From contig JAULZW010000006.1 in assembly GCA_032117235.1 (NCBI GenBank), positions 2,532 to 66,531 on the forward strand: 64,000 bases of DNA, given 5' to 3'. The DNA comes from Minisyncoccota bacterium (GTDB lineage Bacteria; Patescibacteriota; Minisyncoccia; SW-4-49-11). Positions 28,806 through 38,238 of the stretch are shown one piece after another (the stretch's first letter is position 1; every line of letters starts with the position of its first letter). The notes under the pieces are model-generated. The model saw only the letters and a program-made list of their open reading frames with translations, made no database searches and was not told the origin of the DNA. The translations under genes were made by a program, and so were the position numbers.

Positions 28806-29174
28806 ATGATTACAGAAGAATTATTGCTTAGTATATATGCTGTACTTTTACTAGAGGTCGGTTTGTTACTAATGATTTTAATATTAATTGTATTAGATAT
28901 AAAAAATACAGTTGATTCTGTTAGGCAACTTATCAACAAATTTGTAAAGCTAGGTCATATTACGCTAGATACTGCTGAAGAATTTAAGTCAAAACTGACT
29001 TCTTTGTCCGGTATCACCACTATGATTGGTGGGTTGCCTAATATTATATCTATAATACAGGGTTGGAATAACAGGTCTCAGGTTCAGGATAAAACTAAAG
29101 AAGAGACAGAAGTAGATGATTTAGGTGAGGTTTTGTCTAAAGTTGTTCCAAAGAAAAAAAAGCGAATTATATAA
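28806..29174 (+). CDS. Membrane-anchored coiled-coil protein (YoxC/DUF948-like)
   Basis: N-terminal TM plus amphipathic helix; precedes a YtxH gene; TTGACA promoter upstream. Confidence 0.55.
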   Translation: MITEELLLSIYAVLLLEVGLLLMILILIVLDIKNTVDSVRQLINKFVKLGHITLDTAEEFKSKLTSLSGITTMIGGLPNIISIIQGWNNRSQVQDKTKEETEVDDLGEVLSKVVPKKKKRII

Positions 29175-29193
29175 TTATTAAGATTACACAAAT

Positions 29194-29502
29194 ATGAGTA
29201 CAAAAAATTTATTCAAAGGATTAATAGCTGGACTTGCAATAGGAGGTTTATTAGGTATATTATTAGCTCCTAAATCAGGAAAGCAAGTGAGACATGATTT
29301 AAAAAAAGCTTATAAATCTACTAGTCAAGATGTGGCTAAAAGAATTAGTAGTATCGAAGACATCAGTAAGTCTCAATATGAGCAAATTGTAGAGGCTGTA
29401 GTAAATGAATATAAAAAATTAGATCCTATTACTAAGGAGCAGATAGATTCTTTAAAGTCGATATTGCAAAACAAGTGGTCTGAAACTGTGGATAAAAAGT
29501 AG
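29194..29502 (+). CDS. YtxH domain protein
   Basis: GLIAGLAIGGLLGILLAPKSGKQVR. Confidence 0.88.
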   Translation: MSTKNLFKGLIAGLAIGGLLGILLAPKSGKQVRHDLKKAYKSTSQDVAKRISSIEDISKSQYEQIVEAVVNEYKKLDPITKEQIDSLKSILQNKWSETVDKK

Positions 29503-29577
29503 TAATTAAACTAAATGTTATTAATTGACAAAAGATAATAATAATTATATAATGTTTTATATAATTATTATTTGAAT

Positions 29578-30195
29578 ATGGCTTATAATATATTGTATTG
29601 GCTTACCTTTTGGAAGTTTCATACAACTATGCAAATTTTTGTAAGGCAAACAGACATTCAGGGGGTAGAAAAGTTACAAGGAATACAATCTCCATTAATT
29701 CTAGTATCTAATCACAGAGGCAGGTTTGACGGTATTTGGATTTGGTATTATTTTGCTAAAATGAATAGGTCGAATCTTATATATATGAGAATTGTTACAG
29801 GTGAGAGTTTTTTTAGGATTCCAATTATAGGGTGGTATTTAAGACAAATGAAATGTTTTCCAGTTGAGAAGGGAAGAGGGGTTGATATATTAGACCCGAT
29901 GGTAGATGCTCTAAAAAAAGGTCAAATTGTAACTATATTCCCAGAAGGTAAAATGCAAAAAAAGCCTGGACATAAAGGTGATGCCAAAAGAGGGGTTGGA
30001 TATTTAATTTGGAAATCTAAGGTACCAGTTCTTCCAGTTTATATTAACTATATAAAAAGATATAAATATTTACCAATATGGGAAATGACTTTCAAAGTAG
30101 GAGATATTAAGCCATATAGTGTTAAGTCAGAAAATGAATTAAAAACTATCTCTGAGAAGGTGTTAGACTCAGTTTATAAATTAGCCGAAAATTAA
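29578..30195 (+). CDS. Lysophospholipid acyltransferase (PlsC family)
   Basis: Motifs NHRGRFD (HX4D), IFPEG, KRGVG, VPVLPV. Confidence 0.88.
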   Translation: MAYNILYWLTFWKFHTTMQIFVRQTDIQGVEKLQGIQSPLILVSNHRGRFDGIWIWYYFAKMNRSNLIYMRIVTGESFFRIPIIGWYLRQMKCFPVEKGRGVDILDPMVDALKKGQIVTIFPEGKMQKKPGHKGDAKRGVGYLIWKSKVPVLPVYINYIKRYKYLPIWEMTFKVGDIKPYSVKSENELKTISEKVLDSVYKLAEN

Positions 30196-30277
30196 ATTTT
30201 TAGTTTTATATATTATATCTATTGGAAAAGATATATAAAATATGATATTATTTAAATCAATAGTATAAGAATAAATT

Positions 30278-31669
30278 ATGAGTATTATAGCTACTACTAA
30301 TCTAGTTGGACAAGAAGTTGATATTGTTGGATGGGTAGATACCAAAAGAGATCATGGCAAAATTGCTTTTATAGATTTGAGAGATAGAACAGCTAAAGTA
30401 CAAGTGGTTTTAGTTCCTGCTAGTCTTGATGAAAAATCAAAAGCTTTAATGTCAGAAATTAGACCAGAATGGGTATTAAAAATTCATGGTTTGGTTAAAT
30501 CTAGACCAGAAAGATTAATAAACCCTGATTTAGCTACTGGAACTATTGAAATAGAAGCTTTGTTGATTGAGGTTTTAAATACTGCGATTACGCCGTTTTT
30601 CCCTTTGGAGCAAGATAAGAATGAAATTAGCGAAGAATTGAGATTACAGTATAGATATTTGGATTTAAGAAGGCCGTCTATGTACAATAATCTTCTTAAA
30701 AGACATAAAGTGAATCAATTTGTGAGAAATTTTTTAGATAAAGAAGGTTTTATTGAAGTTGAAACTCCAATTTTGACTAAATCTACTCCAGAAGGGGCTA
30801 GAGACTTTATTGTACCATCAAGACATCAAGCCGGTAGTTTTTATGCTCTTCCTCAATCTCCACAACAGTATAAGCAATTGCTTATGGCTGGAGGGGTTGA
30901 AAAATATTTCCAAATTGCTAGATGTTTTAGAGATGAAGATACTCGCAAGGATAGACAGCCAGAATTTACTCAGCTTGATATGGAAATGAGTTTTGTTACT
31001 GAAGAAGATGTAATGAGTTTGAATGAAAAGCTTTTAATAGATTTAGTACAAGCTATTTATCCAGAGAAAAAAATTCAATCTATTCCTTTCCCTAGAATTA
31101 GTTATGCTGAGGCTATGGAGAAATATGGTAATGATAGGCCAGATATTAGAGATGATAAAGAGAATGAGAATTTATTAGCCTTTTGTTGGATTGTAGATTT
31201 TCCACAATTTGAAAAAACCGATGAGGGGAATTGGACCTTTTCACATAATCCTTTTTCTGCACCTAAACAAGAATATATGGAAAACTTGTTGGCAAAGCAT
31301 GATATTGATAATATTATTTCCACGCAATATGATATTGTATTAAATGGATTTGAAATTGGAGGTGGAAGTATTCGTAATCATAGACCAGAAGCTCTAAGAA
31401 AAGTTCTAGAAATAATTGGCTATGAGGGAGAAATTATGGATAGTTCTTTTGGACATATTTTAACAGCTCTATCTTCAGGCACTCCTCCTCATGGAGGTAT
31501 TGCTTGGGGACTAGATAGGTTATTAGCAGTATTACAGAATGAATCTAGTATTAGAGAGGTGATTGCTTTTCCAAAAACAGGAGATGCTCACGATCCGATG
31601 ATGCAATCTCCAAGCCCAGTATCAATAGAACAATTGTTAGAGTTAGGAATCGGTGTTAAAAAACAATAG
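30278..31669 (+). CDS. aspS: Aspartate--tRNA ligase lacking the GAD domain, probably non-discriminating
   Basis: RDHG, RLQYRYLDLR, LPQSPQ, RCFRDED, GGGSIR, PPHGGIAWGLDR. Confidence 0.95.
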   Translation: MSIIATTNLVGQEVDIVGWVDTKRDHGKIAFIDLRDRTAKVQVVLVPASLDEKSKALMSEIRPEWVLKIHGLVKSRPERLINPDLATGTIEIEALLIEVLNTAITPFFPLEQDKNEISEELRLQYRYLDLRRPSMYNNLLKRHKVNQFVRNFLDKEGFIEVETPILTKSTPEGARDFIVPSRHQAGSFYALPQSPQQYKQLLMAGGVEKYFQIARCFRDEDTRKDRQPEFTQLDMEMSFVTEEDVMSLNEKLLIDLVQAIYPEKKIQSIPFPRISYAEAMEKYGNDRPDIRDDKENENLLAFCWIVDFPQFEKTDEGNWTFSHNPFSAPKQEYMENLLAKHDIDNIISTQYDIVLNGFEIGGGSIRNHRPEALRKVLEIIGYEGEIMDSSFGHILTALSSGTPPHGGIAWGLDRLLAVLQNESSIREVIAFPKTGDAHDPMMQSPSPVSIEQLLELGIGVKKQ

Positions 31670-31711
31670 TTGACTATAATAGGTATTATTGGTACAATGG
31701 TATAACTTATG

Positions 31712-31784
31712 CGGGAAGTGGCGCAATGGCTAGCGCACCTGGTTTGGGACCAGGGGGCTGCAGGTTCGAGTCCTGTCTTCCCGA
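31712..31784 (+). tRNA. tRNA-Pro(TGG)
   Basis: CGGGAAG/CTTCCCG acceptor stem, CCTGG-TTTGGGA-CCAGG anticodon arm, GGTTCGAGTCC T-arm. Confidence 0.95.
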
Positions 31785-31877
31785 CACTGATTTTATATTA
31801 TATGCAGTATATTAGTTTTTGACTTTATATACAATTTATAATATAATTTATATTGAAATATTAAATACACATCCAAT

Positions 31878-32039
31878 ATGAATCCTCAAGATACTGACAC
31901 AGTTACAAAGATAACCATAGAAGACATTAGTTCTCACCAAACAGAACCTGTGGAAGTAACTCATAAAGCAGAAGCAGAGATGAGACCAGAACGAGAAAAC
32001 GCTATCAAAATACCTTTAGACAATGTAAGTAAGAAATAG
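31878..32039 (+). CDS. 53-aa hypothetical protein, absent from the ORF track
   Basis: ATG 31878 to TAG 32039, MNPQDTDTVTKITIEDISSHQTEPVEV...SKK; ends 2 nt before the next start. Confidence 0.55.
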   Translation: MNPQDTDTVTKITIEDISSHQTEPVEVTHKAEAEMRPERENAIKIPLDNVSKK

Positions 32040-32041
32040 TT

Positions 32042-32716
32042 ATGTTAACTCAAGAACAAGTCAAGATACTTGTGGAGAATAATTACACTGAAGAGGAAAT
32101 TTATTTAGATTTATTACAAAAAGGATTTAAGGTTAGAGAAATTGAACTAGAACTTAAATTAGCTACTAGAAAAAAATTAGATATACAGTCCAGAGTTATT
32201 ACACTTATTATATTATTCGGTTCAATTTCAATTGGATTAGCAGCAGTTAGCTTTATAGCTTCTGGCTGGGATGTCTTTGGAGATTTTGGAAAAATTGCAA
32301 TCATTTGTTCTAGCTTATTATTATCCTACATAGGAGCGATTTATACTAAATCTATTGGCTTATCAAGAGTATATAACGGATTGTTATTATTAGCTCAGTT
32401 AATATTTGGAGCTGGAATATTTTTGATTGGGGAAATAGTAAATATTAAAATTGCTTTTCAGATTAGCTTTTTGGTTTGGGCAATCGGAGTTGTTTGTGCA
32501 AGTTATCTATTGAAATCAAATATATTGAGATGGTTTATGTTGATTTTAATCCTATTCTCTATATTTGGTATACCTGAATTTTTTTATACTTATGACTGGT
32601 ATAGAATAGATTATAATATATATGCAATTTTGGGACTTATATTATCTTTTGAAATATTTTATTATGTATTTATTAAATTCAAAAATATAGATTATTCTAA
32701 ATATTTATATGATTAA
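32042..32716 (+). CDS. DUF2157 family membrane protein
   Basis: G....SFIASGW, FGAGIFLIGEI, LVWAIG. Confidence 0.8.
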   Translation: MLTQEQVKILVENNYTEEEIYLDLLQKGFKVREIELELKLATRKKLDIQSRVITLIILFGSISIGLAAVSFIASGWDVFGDFGKIAIICSSLLLSYIGAIYTKSIGLSRVYNGLLLLAQLIFGAGIFLIGEIVNIKIAFQISFLVWAIGVVCASYLLKSNILRWFMLILILFSIFGIPEFFYTYDWYRIDYNIYAILGLILSFEIFYYVFIKFKNIDYSKYLYD

Positions 32717-32721
32717 ATAAT

Positions 32722-33810
32722 ATGGCGATATTTTCAATTTTATTAGTAATTATAATTTTTATAGCTATAATATATACAATTATAGTATTGGTCAGAGGAG
32801 TTAATATTAGAAAAAATTTTGCTGACAACATCTTTCATATAGCAATATCCTATGAAGATTTATTCAGACAATTATTGTTAGTATTTGCTTTTATTGTGGG
32901 TATTACAGCCTTATATGCTGGATTTAATTCATTAGGAATTGAACTTGGTTGGTATTGGTTTTCTACAATTGGAGGAATATTGTTAACTTATACAGGCTAT
33001 AAGCAACATAGTCCTATTACATTTATTATTGGACTATTGATGATAGTAGTAGGAATTACCTTTGGTGGCTATGAAGTAGCATCCAATCATAAAATAGATA
33101 AAGGACTTACCTTTATATCGGCTTTTCTAATTTTCACCTCTTTTTATGGATTATCTATTAGCTTCTTTAATAATATTAGATCAAAGAGGTATTATACAAT
33201 TTTGAATTTATTAGGAATATTAGGCTTAGGGGGAATTACTTTTTTCTTAGGTTCATTTGGTTCAAGAGAAGTTTGGGGATATATTTCCAATAGTCAAGAC
33301 TCGGTAATTTGGAGTAATGTCAAAACAGGGTTGATTTTAGCTGGAGTAATAGGTTTATTTATAATCAGCTATATTAAGTCTATATCATATTTTAGTAAAA
33401 ATTTATATCAACTAGTCCTTACAGGAGTTGGGGTGATAGGTGCTAGTTTAGTTTTAGTATTGCCAAATATATCATTATTATATGACTATAATAATACCTA
33501 TTCCTATACTCAAAATGATTGGGCTCAGAAAAATTTAGAAATATTCCCACATATTATATCGATGAATATTTTATTTTTAATAGGAGTTTTATGGCTTTTG
33601 TATAGTGCTTATAAATTAAAAGAAATTTGGAGATTGAATTTGAGTATTTTAGCTTTATTTATATTTATATTAGTCAGGTATTTTGATTGGGTTGAAAGAA
33701 CAGAATTAGATAGAAGTTTATTTTTCTTAAGTTTAGGGGTTGTATTCTTGACTGCAGGTTGGGTATTAGAAAGATTAAGAAAAAATATATTAGCTAGTAT
33801 AGATAATTAG
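32722..33810 (+). CDS. Polytopic membrane protein (DUF2157/DUF4401-like C-terminus)
   Basis: About 10 TMs; RYFDW...RSLFFL.LG...GWVLER. Confidence 0.65.
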   Translation: MAIFSILLVIIIFIAIIYTIIVLVRGVNIRKNFADNIFHIAISYEDLFRQLLLVFAFIVGITALYAGFNSLGIELGWYWFSTIGGILLTYTGYKQHSPITFIIGLLMIVVGITFGGYEVASNHKIDKGLTFISAFLIFTSFYGLSISFFNNIRSKRYYTILNLLGILGLGGITFFLGSFGSREVWGYISNSQDSVIWSNVKTGLILAGVIGLFIISYIKSISYFSKNLYQLVLTGVGVIGASLVLVLPNISLLYDYNNTYSYTQNDWAQKNLEIFPHIISMNILFLIGVLWLLYSAYKLKEIWRLNLSILALFIFILVRYFDWVERTELDRSLFFLSLGVVFLTAGWVLERLRKNILASIDN

Positions 33811-33811
33811 T

Positions 33812-34399
33812 ATGAAAAATAAGAATTTAATTATAATATTTATACTACAACTAGTTATTATATTAGGACTGTTTGCTTATTTTTATAATAGAGACAAAAA
33901 AGACTTTTCAATAGTGTATTTATCAATAGTAAGTTCAGAAAATAATAGTAATAAATTAAAATATGACATCAATGAAATAGATGAATATCTTTTTCAAAAT
34001 AATGGGTATCAGCAGAATGAGTCTGAAATAGATAATAAAGCAAACTTAAATCTAAAAGTAGGGGATACAGTCTATGTGAAATTAGATCAATCTAGTGGCC
34101 GAACAACCTCTATGACTTTAGCTACTAATGATTTTAAATCTATCAACTCTCATACCTATTATGAATATGAGGATATGGAGAAAAAGCCTTTTATTATAGG
34201 TACAATAGTAGAAATTAAAGCAGGAGAGCAACAAGGGGATTCAAATAAATATAGAATAGAATATGGTATAGAAGAAGGTGAGTTTGTGGCAGGTAATCTT
34301 GCAGGAGCAGTAGCTAAAGTTAAAATAAATTCTCAGGGAAAATCCACTTTACTAGAGGTTTATCAGGATAATAAAGTTATTTATAAATCTCTTGAATAA
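33812..34399 (+). CDS. GDYXXLXY-like membrane-anchored protein (degenerate motif)
   Basis: N-terminal TM, L.YDI, GDTVYVKL, IEYGIE; usual partner of DUF2157. Confidence 0.6.
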   Translation: MKNKNLIIIFILQLVIILGLFAYFYNRDKKDFSIVYLSIVSSENNSNKLKYDINEIDEYLFQNNGYQQNESEIDNKANLNLKVGDTVYVKLDQSSGRTTSMTLATNDFKSINSHTYYEYEDMEKKPFIIGTIVEIKAGEQQGDSNKYRIEYGIEEGEFVAGNLAGAVAKVKINSQGKSTLLEVYQDNKVIYKSLE

Positions 34400-35582
34400 A
34401 ATCATAAGTTTGCTTGGCAATAGCTTGATATGAAAATTTATTTTTAGCTCTTTGTTGTGCTAACTTTGATAATTTTTCATATTTATTTTTATTAGTATAA
34501 GCTTCTATTAAAGCCTTTCTAATATATTGAATGTTTTTTTCTGGGACTATATACCCAGTATCTCCTACCACTAAAGGTATAGCACCACTATCTGAGCCAA
34601 TCACAGGAGTCCCAGCTGCCATAGACTCTACTAATACTCGTCCAAACTGCTCTTTCCAAATAGGAGTAGTATGTGAGAGTAATAGAGAAATATTGAATAA
34701 TTGAAAATAGGCAGGAATTTCTTCAAAGGGGATAGCATTTTTGAATATGACAATATCATCAAGTTTTAATGTCTGTACCAGTTGTTTGATTTGATTTACA
34801 TATTCTGTATCTCCATTCCCAATAATAATGAGTTTAGTATTATCTTTATTCCAACCCTCAAAAGCATAAATCATATCCTCAATACCTTTTTCTGGTATAA
34901 TTCTCCCAATATAGCCATACACAAAGGTATTATCATCAAGCCCCAAATCTACTCTTATTGACTGTAATTGTGGTGAATTATGAGCAAAGCGATTATAATC
35001 AACGCCAAGTTGGGGAAGTGTCCCTCTTTTCCCTTTAAACCCTAGCCCATCAATACGATTTTCAAAATCTTGCCATACACCAGGAAGTTGAAATATAAGT
35101 CCATCTAGTTTTGAAATAACATATTTTTCAATGAAATGAAAGGATGTATAGCGAAATTTTTGATAGAGAGTTTCTGCCTCTTTTTCCCAAATATGACACA
35201 TATTTTCACAAGAAAGTAATATTAATTTGGTGTGAGGGAAGAATTTTTTTGTAATATAAGTCACTTGAGCAGCAATTTGAGTCCAATATTCCTCTTCCAA
35301 AAGTATAATATCTGGATTAAGAGATTGTAGAGTTGATTTGAGGTTTTTGAATACAAAAAAATTGAGTTTCCCCGTAAAATATCCCGATAATATAATATGG
35401 TGATATTGTTTACCTGTATATTGCTCAGCATATACTTTTTGACCACCACCTTCTAATCCAAATTCCGGTGTAATGAGGGTGATATTGAGATCATGATATT
35501 CTGATAAAGCTTCAACTTTAGCTCTATAGGCAGAATAGACATAGGCATGAGATATAATTACTAAGTTTAATTTATTTTGCAT
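34377..35582 (-). CDS. Glycosyltransferase family 4
   Basis: GRIIPEKG and WKEQFGRVLVESMAAGTPVIGSDSG. Confidence 0.92.
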   Translation of the reverse strand: MQNKLNLVIISHAYVYSAYRAKVEALSEYHDLNITLITPEFGLEGGGQKVYAEQYTGKQYHHIILSGYFTGKLNFFVFKNLKSTLQSLNPDIILLEEEYWTQIAAQVTYITKKFFPHTKLILLSCENMCHIWEKEAETLYQKFRYTSFHFIEKYVISKLDGLIFQLPGVWQDFENRIDGLGFKGKRGTLPQLGVDYNRFAHNSPQLQSIRVDLGLDDNTFVYGYIGRIIPEKGIEDMIYAFEGWNKDNTKLIIIGNGDTEYVNQIKQLVQTLKLDDIVIFKNAIPFEEIPAYFQLFNISLLLSHTTPIWKEQFGRVLVESMAAGTPVIGSDSGAIPLVVGDTGYIVPEKNIQYIRKALIEAYTNKNKYEKLSKLAQQRAKNKFSYQAIAKQTYDFIQEIYK

Positions 35583-35606
35583 ATTTGCTAATGATAAAGA
35601 ATATAA

Positions 35607-36005
35607 TTATTTCCAATTAAGATAAGTAATAGATAGTTGTAGAGCTGTCGCAATACAAACCCAGATTAGATAAGGAATTTGCATCAAAGCCACCCATTTC
35701 ATAGAAGGCCAAATAGCAAAAATTGCCCAAATAATCGTAGCTAATAATAAAACAATATCTATAGCCCCTAGCAAATTATTTCGAAGCCCAAATTGGAGAG
35801 GACTAAAAGCAATATTAAAGACAATATTCAAAATAAAAGGAAAAGCTACCGTCCAACTAATTTTACCATTTATAGCCTTATAAAATACCGCACTAAAAGA
35901 TATGAAAATCAGAATATACAATACAGACCAAACATTCCCAAACAACCAAGTAGGTGGAGCCCAAGAGGGTTTTATCAATTCCTCATACCAATTAGAAGTA
36001 TTCAT
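35607..36005 (-). CDS. tspO: TspO/MBR family protein
   Basis: WYEELIKPSWAPP.WLF..VW, PYLIW...AT.L. Confidence 0.9.
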   Translation of the reverse strand: MNTSNWYEELIKPSWAPPTWLFGNVWSVLYILIFISFSAVFYKAINGKISWTVAFPFILNIVFNIAFSPLQFGLRNNLLGAIDIVLLLATIIWAIFAIWPSMKWVALMQIPYLIWVCIATALQLSITYLNWK

Positions 36006-36074
36006 AAGTTATTTTTAGTTTATATTTTTTAGTATAGCATAGTTTGGGGGTAGTACATACTTAATATTACTAAT

Positions 36075-37052
36075 CTAAAATAAACTTGGTACTTTAATTT
36101 TATTATCTAATCTTTTTTCTGCAATTTTAAAATAATCTTGATCAAGTTCATATCCTATAAATTTTCTTTTTAACTCTATACAAGCCACTCCTGTTGACCC
36201 ACTTCCCATAAAAGGGTCTAAAATAATATGTTCATCGAATGTTATTAGTTTTACTAAATGGTGCATCAATTCAATAGGTTTTAGTGTGGGGTGAAAATTA
36301 AAATCTTCTTTATTTTGTCTTACTTTTGGTACTAAAAAAAATTTATCATATCCATCTTTAAATTCATCAGTTCTTATTATATTTGCTGGAACTCTACCTT
36401 TTTCGTGGGGGTTATGTCCTACTTTACCTTCATTTTCAGCATAAGGTAGTCTTGTATTTTCAAAATTTAATGCTCCAGTACCATATTTAATTATATTTTG
36501 AGCAACATTTAAACCTTTTTCTAAGGGCTTTTGTATTAAAATGATTGGTTCATATGCTGGCTTTAATCCTAATCCTGCCCCATTATATCTTTTACCCAAT
36601 TCTGAAATAGGAGATAATTTATGTTTCTCACCTACTTTATAATTATCAGCACCATTTTTTTTATATCCTTGAACATATTTATATCGTCCAACTTTTTTAC
36701 TTTCAATATTAAGTTCTGAATCTATCAACAAGCCAACATTTCTACTTTTTGGCATTCCATTTAAATAAGACCAAAATAATACATCTTTGATTAAAAAGCC
36801 ACTATCTTCTAAATCAACCATTAACCTATGCATTAATCTAACAGAACTAAAAACCAAACCAAAACCACCTGGTTTAATTTTTTTAAAACTATTATTCCAT
36901 ATTTCTTTACTGGGTAAATCTTTATCCCAATAATTATTTTGGTATGAAATACCATAAGGAGGATCAGTTATTATTGAATCAATATAATTATCCTCTATAT
37001 CTTCTAGTAAATATGAGTTTTTATTATAAATTTGAAACATGTTAAACATCAT
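36075..37052 (-). CDS. Beta-class amino-DNA methyltransferase (m6A/m4C)
   Basis: Motif IV DPPY precedes HPTLKP and motif I DPFMGSGSTG. Confidence 0.92.
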   Translation of the reverse strand: MMFNMFQIYNKNSYLLEDIEDNYIDSIITDPPYGISYQNNYWDKDLPSKEIWNNSFKKIKPGGFGLVFSSVRLMHRLMVDLEDSGFLIKDVLFWSYLNGMPKSRNVGLLIDSELNIESKKVGRYKYVQGYKKNGADNYKVGEKHKLSPISELGKRYNGAGLGLKPAYEPIILIQKPLEKGLNVAQNIIKYGTGALNFENTRLPYAENEGKVGHNPHEKGRVPANIIRTDEFKDGYDKFFLVPKVRQNKEDFNFHPTLKPIELMHHLVKLITFDEHIILDPFMGSGSTGVACIELKRKFIGYELDQDYFKIAEKRLDNKIKVPSLF

Positions 37053-37662
37053 TAATGCTCAAAATATCATCTATTGTTAAATATTTTGATATATTTCTTT
37101 TATAATTTATTAATAATTTATATACAAAATCTTTTTTCTTATCTGGTGGAACAATAACATTAAATTTATACTCTTGAATCATTTTTTCTATTCCAATATT
37201 TTGGGTTGAGCGAGTACTTGTATTGGCAACAGCTTTTACTCTTTCCAGTAAATATTTCCCTAAAGCTACATGTTGCCCATATATAATAAATTGTAAATCT
37301 ACAGCTCCTTTCCATACTCCAACAGCTGTAAACAATCTTTTATCACTAAAAGCTATAGCTTTTTCTTCACTTGTATCATTCCATGTTCCACCCAATCTTT
37401 TAGAAAAAACACTACATTGTTTTACCTCAAGAAATTTACCAGTTTTTGAGCTCTTACCGTCAAAGCCATGTTTATTGAAATTTAACAAATCATATCCTAA
37501 ATAATTACCAACAATAGAATCTCTTATTTCATTTATTGTTGTATCAGTATCATAAGACTTAAATTCATTTTGAAATTTAGTTAATTCTTCTAATGCAAGA
37601 ATTCCTTTCGTTCTAAAGGAATATGGGATTGGTCTATAATCACCTTTTTTAAAAATATTCAT
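37042..37662 (-). CDS. Probable type II restriction endonuclease (PD-(D/E)xK)
   Basis: E...HGFDG.......LEVK; overlaps the methyltransferase gene. Start moved to 37662 because 37716 lies within the tRNA duplicate. Confidence 0.7.
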   Translation of the reverse strand: MNIFKKGDYRPIPYSFRTKGILALEELTKFQNEFKSYDTDTTINEIRDSIVGNYLGYDLLNFNKHGFDGKSSKTGKFLEVKQCSVFSKRLGGTWNDTSEEKAIAFSDKRLFTAVGVWKGAVDLQFIIYGQHVALGKYLLERVKAVANTSTRSTQNIGIEKMIQEYKFNVIVPPDKKKDFVYKLLINYKRNISKYLTIDDILSINDV

Positions 37663-37690
37663 AATATTTTTTAGTATACATAAAACAATT

Positions 37691-37850
37691 TGGCGGAAGT
37701 GAGAGGATTCGGTCACAAGTAATTTTCCTGACGGAAAATTCTCGCGACCCCGTCTCGCTGTGTTCGCCTTGTGCTTCGCACAAACTCACACTGGGCTGCG
37801 ACTTTCTCATCCCCACGGGAGCAATGCTATTGCTCTCTGTCACTTCTTCA
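37691..37850 (-). repeat. tRNA-Ser(TGA) 3'-end duplicate plus a GC-rich multi-hairpin segment
   Basis: 37693-37711 equals 37899-37917. Hairpins include AATTTTCC-TGAC-GGAAAATT, TTGTGC-TTC-GCACAA and GAGCAAT-GCT-ATTGCTC, closed by GAAGTGA/TCACTTC. Confidence 0.85.
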
Positions 37851-37855
37851 AATAT

Positions 37856-37895
37856 TATTTTTATCTTTTGGCATAAATACCAAAAGATAAAAATA
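37856..37895. terminator. Perfect 16-bp AT-rich hairpin directly downstream of tRNA-Ser(TGA)
   Basis: TATTTTTATCTTTTGG-N8-CCAAAAGATAAAAATA. Confidence 0.55.
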
Positions 37896-37899
37896 TATG

Positions 37900-37986
37900 C
37901 GGAAGTGAGAGGATTCGAACCTCTGGTAGGGGTAAACCTACAACAGTTTTCAAGACTGCCGCCTTCAACCGCTCAGCCACACTTCC
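37900..37986 (-). tRNA. tRNA-Ser(TGA)
   Basis: GGAAGTG/CACTTCC acceptor stem, GCAGT-CTTGAAA-ACTGT anticodon arm, long variable arm; no encoded CCA. Confidence 0.95.
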
Positions 37987-38052
37987 ATTTATAAAATTTA
38001 TTATATCATATTTATGCACTTTTGTACATACTATATATAGAGTCTTAAAATT

Positions 38053-38154
38053 CCCCTCTTGAGGGGTGTACAGCTTTGCTGGACGGGGTGGATAAAACAT
38101 AAACTAAAACTATATCCACCTCCGGCACTCCGTGCCACCTCCTCCAAAGGAGGA
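38053..38154. repeat. REP-like multi-hairpin element, copy B (no insertion)
   Basis: CCCCTCTTGAGGGGTG...GACGGGGTGGATAAAA...TATCCACCTCCGGCACTCCGTGCCACCTCCTCCAAAGGAGGA. Confidence 0.8.
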
Positions 38155-38238
38155 CAATGTTTTATACTAATTTGTTATTAGATTATTATATTAGATATAA
38201 AGTATGCTATAATATTCATAGAATTTAATATAAAATTT

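Noticed and set aside
37649-38100. ORFs 37649-37843(-) and 37861-38100(-), and the 37716 start
   Set aside because: They overlap the tRNA, its duplicate and GC-rich hairpins.
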